Below are positions 57,801 to 64,000 of a DNA stretch of 64,000 nt, in pieces. The notes beneath the pieces are model-generated. The model was given only the letters and a program-made list of their open reading frames with translations, did not search any database and had not been told where the DNA came from. Both the position numbers and the translations under genes were made by a program. The DNA lies in assembly GCA_001786575.1 (NCBI GenBank), contig MFRW01000002.1, forward strand, positions 1,717 through 65,716, read 5' to 3'. The stretch comes from Candidatus Moranbacteria bacterium RIFCSPHIGHO2_01_FULL_55_24. Its GTDB lineage: Bacteria > Patescibacteriota > Minisyncoccia > Moranbacterales > UBA1568. How positions within the stretch are numbered: the first letter of the stretch is position 1; each line of letters starts with the position of its first letter.

Positions 57801-58385
57801 GGCGCGAAGGGCGTGTTCCCGCTCGTTTTTAATGAGAGTTTCCATGAAGGATGGAAGCTGTATCCCGGAGAATCTGATAGTGTGCTGTTTTCAGCTTCTG
57901 CAGCGGGTAGGATCGGAAATTATCATGTTATTGACGGCAATGTCGAAAATCAGGCGAGTCAAGATGAATTAGAGCGATATATCCGAAGAGGATGGGTTAC
58001 TGGTTTTGGAGAAACAAATAATATCAGTTTCGTCTCTAAGGATTTTCGAGGCGCTATCCAAAATAATAATTTACCCGATGGGGATTTCTGGGAAAACTGG
58101 TTTCGGAAAGGATCTTTGAATGGCGTCTCTGGGCATCTGGTGGTGAACGGATATGCGAATGCTTGGATTATCGATCCGGAAGAAGCATGCTCTGCGAGGG
58201 CTGCTTTCTGCAAGAAGAATCAGGATGGCACATATGATTTTGAGATTGTGGCCGAATTTTGGCCCCAGAGGCTTATGTCTCTTGGCCTAGGACTCTCGGT
58301 TGCGGGATTGGCAGTATTTCTGGTATTTTTCGGTATTGTACGGATGGTAAAAGCAGCTCGGACTGGCAAGGGGGAAGCATTGTGA
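54891..58385 (+). CDS. Giant fusion protein: N-terminal GT2 domain plus a polytopic membrane domain plus a C-terminal extracytoplasmic domain
   Basis: The first ~270 aa are GT2 (SLVIPAYNRE...IIIDNDSLD...HSDD). They are followed by about 14 TM helices and a roughly 400-aa soluble C-terminus ending in a TM anchor. Length is 1164 aa. Confidence 0.7.
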   Translation: MRISLVIPAYNREALIREAIESALEQTEKIDEIIIIDNDSLDATFRIAEEYVAKYDHIKAFRNEKNIGMINNWNRGIQKATGDYVSVLHSDDIIPKNWCETVKSAIRRNEGKDVALFFGIYACFQRKQGKIEVVSRIENFSKDTFFPAEESVKRLWENFYGNPNCSAAIVYKKSLFDEIGYFNPDKGVEADQDFHIRVLNRYNSYFIDQELLYYRRHEFQGYDFKQETESAETSLKRLLNAVSIQKENLKDPELVKYTYCGVLLYALKFLLTLHFSQALRLFKIPGIFNRKTLTNFPRFFWMLVSRKYFNKSFILKFRKTRISLLFFLFSCLVLRSLIFSSYEGIGHNWDWGFPAMQPMFERINELSEYSWNGFGLGKELNLQAHFAVNEIISWSGAILGTKWAVVLLIFSTLTISFFSFKPLLDFLSGRKSDLHYLPSVLYAFSPFLFNEIIGGSWYMWVSYAFAPVLFLNLIRYVHFRRLKHLTGYLLATVFVLISLQNFVVIESIAAVFLLFNMILNRDHLENVKGLVAGYLWAHLILFLASLYWIVPFIYSLKTFYLMVTSVSFTGGFEGIRDITQGVLEIFSLAGYLDRNMYYHAIPDGALLLFNISVAAFWVMLSATFFLKRQEEKQKKNVLLWFSILILLILVIKGGNAPFGSLTMFIFQHFPLMSLYRSPQHLMFAAAFLVPILMALTIHSFIRSGFSKKTVIVLFLLIIGFWTSAWWLNGDLGREILSAKKKDHIDLYTIAPTLRKIYEYNENSFLAHRILFLPTAFSPDYLPNEYQRKAQGGQPEYSYLKNPTFSAEFNALAGLIDDKLCYNEEFDLLKYLSITNTRYVSLREDIYPHHSKCGIFKVWDADHTRKLIENTAGLAPVNGLEGLYLVGDEYFLQRFFVPKKVVVSDREVENIPDIVSTDDYEVGTALFLKSQNKERTDVLDTASIARISGRDKDPTLEFKKISPVKYRMRIHGAKGVFPLVFNESFHEGWKLYPGESDSVLFSASAAGRIGNYHVIDGNVENQASQDELERYIRRGWVTGFGETNNISFVSKDFRGAIQNNNLPDGDFWENWFRKGSLNGVSGHLVVNGYANAWIIDPEEACSARAAFCKKNQDGTYDFEIVAEFWPQRLMSLGLGLSVAGLAVFLVFFGIVRMVKAARTGKGEAL

Positions 58386-58462
58386 CAAGCCCTGAAAACT
58401 TTGTTAAGATGGCATAGGAAAGGTGAAACTTCGTTCTAAGTGATTTTCGAAAGCGATGCATA

Positions 58463-59449
58463 ATGTATAATGCTTTTTTTAAAAAAAACTACCAGTACAT
58501 ATTTATTTTTTTTGTTTTTCTATTGGTACTTTTTAACCATTATTTTATTATTCCCAGCGAGACAGAGGAGGTAAAGAGTGAGAAGGGGATTCCTTCTGAA
58601 ATTCCATTTTTGGATAATAAGGATACAGAAAAGGCGTACAAAAATATCTTGCAGTCAAAACAAGGGGATGTTTTTAGGGTAGGGTTCTTCGTAAAAGCCG
58701 ATCATGATCAGGTTCTCGAGGTGTTCTTGGAGTCTGCTCTCAATGAAAAGTTGAAGGTGGGTGAAATCGCAGTCAGTGATTCTGGCGAGTGGGAATATAA
58801 AGAGCTGGTTTTTGTCACTCCTGATCGCTATGATTCTCTTGCGATAAGCCTGAAGCAAGGAGAGTTGATTTCTAGAAAATGGGACAACAAAGTCGTATAT
58901 CTTGAGTCTTTCCTCATAACTCGGATAGATATTGATAAGTCACGGATCGCGACCCTTTCTCCGACCATATCTGATGTATCAGGCATAGAGCGTGCGAGGC
59001 TTGAGGATATCGGAGGAGCTTATCTCTATACCTACTCATACCAGAATAAAGAGATCGATTATCAGAATTTGTTTGACTCAAGCGGGACGGTCCATTTCGA
59101 TGATGACGATAGAATCGTTGTCGGGGAGGGTAAGAGGAGTGAGTTTTTTACATATAAATTTGATACGTTTTATCCCTTTGAGAAGTTTGTGTTTCAGGCA
59201 GTTCAAGATGGGAAATCATCAAAAGAACTTCATCTGGAGTATTCTTTCGATAATTCCTTTTGGAGGGAGATAAGCTATGCTCAAGAAAAGGGCGATCATC
59301 AAGAATTCTTCTTAACTATCCACGGCAACCAGAAAGAGAAGACGGTCTATATTCGGACGACTTATGACGGTGATGAGAAGAAAAAGAAAACTTTTGGTCT
59401 AGCTGAATTTTCGGTAATGGCGACTATTCAGAAAGCGCCTAAAAATTAG
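58463..59449 (+). CDS. Hypothetical signal-anchored protein
   Basis: An N-terminal TM/signal anchor, then a soluble domain with a Lys-rich tail. No family recognised. Confidence 0.4.
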   Translation: MYNAFFKKNYQYIFIFFVFLLVLFNHYFIIPSETEEVKSEKGIPSEIPFLDNKDTEKAYKNILQSKQGDVFRVGFFVKADHDQVLEVFLESALNEKLKVGEIAVSDSGEWEYKELVFVTPDRYDSLAISLKQGELISRKWDNKVVYLESFLITRIDIDKSRIATLSPTISDVSGIERARLEDIGGAYLYTYSYQNKEIDYQNLFDSSGTVHFDDDDRIVVGEGKRSEFFTYKFDTFYPFEKFVFQAVQDGKSSKELHLEYSFDNSFWREISYAQEKGDHQEFFLTIHGNQKEKTVYIRTTYDGDEKKKKTFGLAEFSVMATIQKAPKN

Positions 59450-61641
59450 TGAGCTTACTATCTATGGGATTGAAGGGCTTTTTGCAAGCGTGTAGATGGG
59501 AAATAGGAGGGCTTCTCTTGCTCCTGTTCTGCGTATGCATAAACCTTTTTCCGTCAGGCTACATCATCCTTGGCGGGGATGTGCTTCAAGCTCTCAACCT
59601 CTCGGAAAATTTCAAGTATTTCTATTACGAAGACTGGTTCCGTCAGTCTTTTCTCTTTTATGGGATTTTCTATTTTCTGGATATGCTCGGTGTGAGCGAT
59701 ACGGGACAATTGTCATGGTATTTGGGAATATTTTTAGTCGGATCATATCTTTCCTTTTTGGCCTTTTGTTCGCTCTTGTTTCCAAAATCACCGAAAGTGG
59801 CCAGAGTTTTAGGGGCGTTATTCTATGCCACAAATATCTATACGCTCTATATTTTTACTGCTACTTGGGGATACATCTCCTATCAGACGCTTTATATCTT
59901 TATTCCAGCGCTGGTCGGTTTATATATAAAGGTTCTCGAAACGAAACAGCCTCTTTTCGTAGTACTTTTCTTTTTGGCGGCATTTCTCGCTTCCATAGGC
60001 TTCAGTAATCCGGCATTTGCACTGGGTCTGGGAATATTTTTCTTCATCCTCACGCTACTGCTTTTTTTCACAGGATTCATATCATTTGACTGGCGAGCAG
60101 TCAGCAGGATAACACTCCTTATTTTAGGATCAGTATTGCTCAATGCCTATTGGATACTGCCAGTTATTCCGCAATTGCGAGGCGGTATAGAAGGCGTGTA
60201 TGCATCCGAATTTGTGGATTTGAAGGAGAGGCTTGAAAAGACCTCGAATGCCATATTCGATACTATCCGGCTCATGCCGACAAGTGAGCAAAATCGTTAT
60301 TATCCCTCTAATTTCCCTTACCCCAACATCTCTTGGATGGAAGATGGTATTTTGCTTCTCGCTTTCGTGCCGTTTTTCGTTGTTTTATTCGGGTTTATCT
60401 TGAGAAAGGAAAAGAGGGAATGGGTACTCTATACAATATTCTTGGCGCTCTTTACGGTCTTTGTCGCGCTGGTAGCGCGAATACGTTTTCCATTCGATGC
60501 TATGAACAGTTTCCTTTTCCAGCTTCCCGGATTCAATACACTAAGGGGGTACGATAAGCTTGCGACTTTTACCCCGTTTCTCTTAAGCGCACTTCTCTTT
60601 CTAGCTCTTCTTTCTCTGCAGGGAAAGAGATACTATCGGACTGCGATGATCGGATTTTTCGTTGTGATAGTGGTCTTAGCTTTGCCGTTTTATGTTGGCG
60701 GAATACAGACTAAGTTGAGTTATATCCTTTCTGGCCAGAAAGAGAAAGATTTTCGGACGGCGAAGCAGAGTGCTCTTGTGAAGGTGCCGGAAGCGTACTA
60801 TGACGTTAAGCCTCTTCTGCAGGAAGCTCGGGATGACAGCAAGATTGCCATGTTGCCATTCTCGCCAGGATCCAGCGTAGGAAGAGTGAATTTCCCAGCC
60901 TGGAAGGTGAATGGGCCCAATATTGTGAAGGATCTCTACGGAAAGAGGTTTATCGAACTTTATGAGTACTCTATACCTGGTTGGATGTTCGCTCAAGATT
61001 TTGAGAACACTCGTTACGATCCGGAATGGATAGTCGACCTGTATGGGCTTCTTGGAACGAAATATATCTTCTACCACAAAGATGCTAAGAAGAAGGCTCT
61101 TGAGGAAATGGAGGATTCTCGTAGATATTTGGAAAACGTCGGCGCTTTGCGGCTGGTGCGTGATACCGAATCTTTTTACCTCTACACTCTGGAAGAGAAC
61201 CGAGTTGTTCCTTATGTCTATACATCCCCGAGCGCCCTCGTTCTTGATCCGACCCCTGAAGGGCTTTCTCGAGCAGTCAGTGATTTTCGGAATCGAATCT
61301 CGTCCCCGGAATATCACCGCAAGAATCCGAAAGAGCTACAAGTGGAGATTCCGGATACCCTTGGAATCGGTTCGGAAATCTTTTTGAATGAAAAGTACGA
61401 TCCTCTCTGGGTCGCAGAATATGTCTCTCTGCAAGGGGAACACATCAGGATAGAAAGAGATACCTCGGTAAAGTATGCGAATGCATGGAAGACGGATCGG
61501 GTTGTGGCTGGTGAGGATATAGAAATTTATTATCTGCCGTTCAAATTTTTCCGTATCGGTCTAGTCTTATCAGGATTGACATTATTGGTTGTCGTTTTTG
61601 GCATGGTTTGGGTGCTTCGGAAAAAGGGTGATAATGTATAA
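59449..61641 (+). CDS. Large polytopic membrane protein with a C-terminal extracytoplasmic domain (GT-C-like or polymerase-like)
   Basis: 730 aa with about 12 TM helices in the N-terminal 420 aa, then a soluble domain and a final TM helix. The start overlaps the upstream stop. Confidence 0.5.
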   Translation: MSLLSMGLKGFLQACRWEIGGLLLLLFCVCINLFPSGYIILGGDVLQALNLSENFKYFYYEDWFRQSFLFYGIFYFLDMLGVSDTGQLSWYLGIFLVGSYLSFLAFCSLLFPKSPKVARVLGALFYATNIYTLYIFTATWGYISYQTLYIFIPALVGLYIKVLETKQPLFVVLFFLAAFLASIGFSNPAFALGLGIFFFILTLLLFFTGFISFDWRAVSRITLLILGSVLLNAYWILPVIPQLRGGIEGVYASEFVDLKERLEKTSNAIFDTIRLMPTSEQNRYYPSNFPYPNISWMEDGILLLAFVPFFVVLFGFILRKEKREWVLYTIFLALFTVFVALVARIRFPFDAMNSFLFQLPGFNTLRGYDKLATFTPFLLSALLFLALLSLQGKRYYRTAMIGFFVVIVVLALPFYVGGIQTKLSYILSGQKEKDFRTAKQSALVKVPEAYYDVKPLLQEARDDSKIAMLPFSPGSSVGRVNFPAWKVNGPNIVKDLYGKRFIELYEYSIPGWMFAQDFENTRYDPEWIVDLYGLLGTKYIFYHKDAKKKALEEMEDSRRYLENVGALRLVRDTESFYLYTLEENRVVPYVYTSPSALVLDPTPEGLSRAVSDFRNRISSPEYHRKNPKELQVEIPDTLGIGSEIFLNEKYDPLWVAEYVSLQGEHIRIERDTSVKYANAWKTDRVVAGEDIEIYYLPFKFFRIGLVLSGLTLLVVVFGMVWVLRKKGDNV

Positions 61642-61646
61642 AATAT

Positions 61647-61985
61647 ATGGCTATGAATGACGAAAAAAAGCTAGACATGAAAAAGCTTGTTTTAGAAAGA
61701 AAAGCGGATGTCATCTGTCTGTTGCTTGGAGTCGCTTTAGGCATATACTTTGACTGGAGTATCGTTGAGATTATCATTTTTCTTGTCTTTATCTGGTCGA
61801 TCCTCTGGTCGATCCCGAGCCGTTTTCTCGTCGGTCCAGCGATATTCTTTCTTGCTCTTACCCCGCTACTTCTCATGCTTGATCGGAAGGAACGCGCGGA
61901 AGAATTCGCTATCTACACTTACTATTTCCTCGCTATGGCGGTAATCCGGGGAATCATAGAGGTTCGGAAGGAAAAAACGGACTAG
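61647..61985 (+). CDS. Small membrane protein (GtrA-like size/topology)
   Basis: 112 aa with 3-4 TM helices. It is the last gene of the low-GC island. Confidence 0.35.
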   Translation: MAMNDEKKLDMKKLVLERKADVICLLLGVALGIYFDWSIVEIIIFLVFIWSILWSIPSRFLVGPAIFFLALTPLLLMLDRKERAEEFAIYTYYFLAMAVIRGIIEVRKEKTD

Positions 61986-62048
61986 TAAGGTACGAATTCG
62001 AAGAAATTTGGCGAAATTGCCGATTTTCGGTATCATAGAGGCAAGAAT

Positions 62049-62990
62049 ATGGAAAATAACTTCCCGTACCTGTCGGTGGTCGTTCCCTTGTATAACGAAG
62101 AAGGGAACGTAGCAGAACTGCACCAGAGAATCCTCCAAGCTGTCCAGAAGATCGGACGGCCTTTTGAAATTATCTTCGTGGATGACGGCTCGCGGGACAA
62201 GTCAGTAGAGATCGCCCGGACGCTTTCGCCTCTCAAGCTTATCGAATTCCGCAAGAACTTCGGCCAGACCGCCGCCTTCGATGCCGGGTTCAAGGCGGCC
62301 CGAGGCGAGATCGTCGTCACCTTGGATGGTGACCTGCAGAACGATCCGGAAGATATCCCGCTTCTCCTCGAGAAGCTCGGCGAGGGCTATGATGTCGTGT
62401 CCGGCTGGCGGTACAAGCGACAAGACCCTTGGAGCAAGAAGATTCCATCGCGGATCGCCAATCTGCTCCGGACAATCCTTATCCGTGACAACATCCATGA
62501 TTCCGGCTGCAGCTTGAAAGCGTATAAGAAGGAATGCTTCGAGAATCTCGATCTCTTCGGCGAAATGCACCGGTTCATTCCGGCTCTCCTCATGTTGGAC
62601 GGTTTCCGGGTAGGTGAAGTGAAAGTTTCGCATCATCCGCGGGTAAACGGAAAGACCAAGTACAACTGGAAGCGGGGCGTGAAGGGCTTCGTGGATATGA
62701 TCGCTATCTGGTTCTGGCGCAAGTATTCCTACCGGCCGATTCATCTTTTCGGCGGTTTCGGGGTGTTGCTCTCATTTTTGGGGAGCGCGATCCTTTTCTG
62801 GATGCTCGTGGAGAAATTCGTCTTCAATCATGCGATTGGCGAGCGCCTGTGGCCGCTGATTGGCATTTTTCTCGTCCTTATGGGCGTCCAGCTCTTCGTG
62901 GCCGGACTCCTGGCAGACATGCTGGTCCGCAACTATTACCAGGTGCGGAACCGCATGAACTACTCGATTCGCGCAGTGCGCGATCAGTAG
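62049..62990 (+). CDS. GT2 polyprenyl-phosphate sugar transferase (GtrB/DPM1-like)
   Basis: LSVVVPLYNEE...FVDDGSRD...DGDLQNDP (DxD) plus two C-terminal TM helices. It is a paralogue of the gene at 30177-31130. Confidence 0.85.
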   Translation: MENNFPYLSVVVPLYNEEGNVAELHQRILQAVQKIGRPFEIIFVDDGSRDKSVEIARTLSPLKLIEFRKNFGQTAAFDAGFKAARGEIVVTLDGDLQNDPEDIPLLLEKLGEGYDVVSGWRYKRQDPWSKKIPSRIANLLRTILIRDNIHDSGCSLKAYKKECFENLDLFGEMHRFIPALLMLDGFRVGEVKVSHHPRVNGKTKYNWKRGVKGFVDMIAIWFWRKYSYRPIHLFGGFGVLLSFLGSAILFWMLVEKFVFNHAIGERLWPLIGIFLVLMGVQLFVAGLLADMLVRNYYQVRNRMNYSIRAVRDQ

Positions 62991-63017
62991 GGAAAAGTAA
63001 CAATCAAAGAGCAGAAT

Positions 63018-64000
63018 ATGAAACTGACGTTTATCGGGACAGGGTATGTTGGATTGGTGACTGGGGCATGCATGGCAGAGCTGGGACACACGGTTACCTG
63101 TGCAGATATCGATAAGAAGAAGATCGCGGGTCTGAAGCGCGGCGTCATGCCGATCTACGAGCTCGGTCTCGAGGAACTCGTTGCGAAGAACGTGGAGGAG
63201 GGGAGGCTTTCTTTTACCACCGCTATCGGCAAGGCGATCAGAGACGCAGAAGTCGTTTTCAATGCTGTGGGCACACCGGAGGACAAAAAGACCGGCAAGG
63301 CCGATCTTTCCTATGTCTTCTCTGTCGCCGAGGAATTCGGCAAGAATCTGAACGGCTACAAGGTCCTGGTCAACAAGTCCACCGTGCCGGTGGGGACAGC
63401 AGACAAGTGCCGGGAGATTATCCTCCATGCTTCCAAAGGCAAATGTGAATTCGACGTCGTCTCGAACCCGGAATTTCTGCGCGAGGGCGCAGCCATCAAG
63501 GACTTCCTGAATCCGGACCGCGTGGTGGTAGGCGTGGCGTCGGACAAGGCGCGCGAGATGATGGAGAAGATCTATCGCCCGCTGGCCCGTTCCGGCCGTC
63601 CGGTGATGCTGACCGACGTGCGGAGCGCCGAGCTCATCAAGTATGCTTCGAACGCTTTCCTCGCGACCAAGATCACGTTCATCAACGAGATCGCCAATTT
63701 CTGCGAGAAAATCGGCGCCAATGTGAAAGAAGTCTCCAAGGGCATGGGCTATGACAGCCGCATCGGCTCGCGCTTCCTCTACGCCGGTATCGGCTATGGT
63801 GGCTCCTGCTTCCCTAAGGACGTGCAGGCGCTTATCGAGACCGGCAAGGAATACGACCATGCGTTCCAGATCATTTCCGCGGCCAACAAAGTGAATGACC
63901 AGCAGAAAATGCGCCCGTTCCAGGCGCTCAAGAAGCATTTCAAGAATCTGAAGGGGAAGACGATCGCTGTCTGGGGACTGTCGTTCAAGCCGCGCACCGA
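63018..64000 (+). CDS. ugd: UDP-glucose 6-dehydrogenase (3'-truncated by the window end)
   Basis: MKLTFIGTGYVGLVTGACMAELGH (GxGxxG), the catalytic GGSCFPKD, and high identity to the UDPGDH family. Confidence 0.9.
   Translation, partial: MKLTFIGTGYVGLVTGACMAELGHTVTCADIDKKKIAGLKRGVMPIYELGLEELVAKNVEEGRLSFTTAIGKAIRDAEVVFNAVGTPEDKKTGKADLSYVFSVAEEFGKNLNGYKVLVNKSTVPVGTADKCREIILHASKGKCEFDVVSNPEFLREGAAIKDFLNPDRVVVGVASDKAREMMEKIYRPLARSGRPVMLTDVRSAELIKYASNAFLATKITFINEIANFCEKIGANVKEVSKGMGYDSRIGSRFLYAGIGYGGSCFPKDVQALIETGKEYDHAFQIISAANKVNDQQKMRPFQALKKHFKNLKGKTIAVWGLSFKPRT

Overview
Almost every gene in this window is on the + strand, which suggests one replicon of a small, streamlined bacterial genome. 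Only two minus-strand genes were found. Base composition splits the window in two: about 58-62% GC from 1 to about 32.1 kb and again from about 62.0 kb to the end, versus about 33-52% GC (mosaic) from about 32.1 to 62.0 kb.

The high-GC backbone carries a reduced dcw-like cluster: the 3' end of rsmH, then ftsL, ftsI and a murF-like gene with no N-terminal domain. murE, mraY, murD, ftsW and murG are not in this window. A KH-domain protein follows, then dTDP-rhamnose genes (rmlC, rmlB, rmlD, rmlA) interleaved with glyA and galU, then envelope genes (a GT4 glycosyltransferase, a DUF4012-like protein, murJ). Housekeeping genes come next: lepA, trxA, yjbQ, pcm, mltG, dnaJ, recJ, rnhA and an orphan HlyD-type adaptor. 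After these sits an RNase P RNA gene that the ORF track missed, then a polysaccharide-export block (WbaP-like sugar transferase, holin-like DUF360, a DUF218 protein, Wzx, a GtrB/ArnC-like GT2 and UDP-glucuronate decarboxylase).

The low-GC island of about 30 kb lies between the UDP-glucuronate decarboxylase gene and a second GtrB-like gene plus ugd. It encodes an unusually rich sugar-modification and glycosylation system:
- a sugar-phosphate nucleotidyltransferase, a NUDIX hydrolase and a 2H phosphoesterase;
- a ferredoxin paired with a B12-binding radical SAM enzyme;
- a GDP-sugar branch with gmd, a TylC3-like C-methyltransferase and a 4-keto reductase;
- GT1 and GT2 glycosyltransferases and two O-methyltransferase-like SAM methyltransferases;
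- a PMT/ArnT-like GT-C enzyme;
- a CDP-3,6-dideoxyhexose branch (rfbF, rfbG, rfbH, a reductase and an RmlC-like epimerase);
- a giant GT2 fused to a polytopic membrane domain, plus a second large polytopic membrane protein.

I read this island as a horizontally acquired surface or protein glycan (possibly S-layer or O-glycosylation) system of unusual design. It is the best candidate for the novel system in this window.

Several perfect TTGACA-N17-TATAAT promoters, Rho-independent terminators and a CIRCE element upstream of a standalone dnaJ are visible. No CRISPR array, tRNA, rRNA or transposase was seen.
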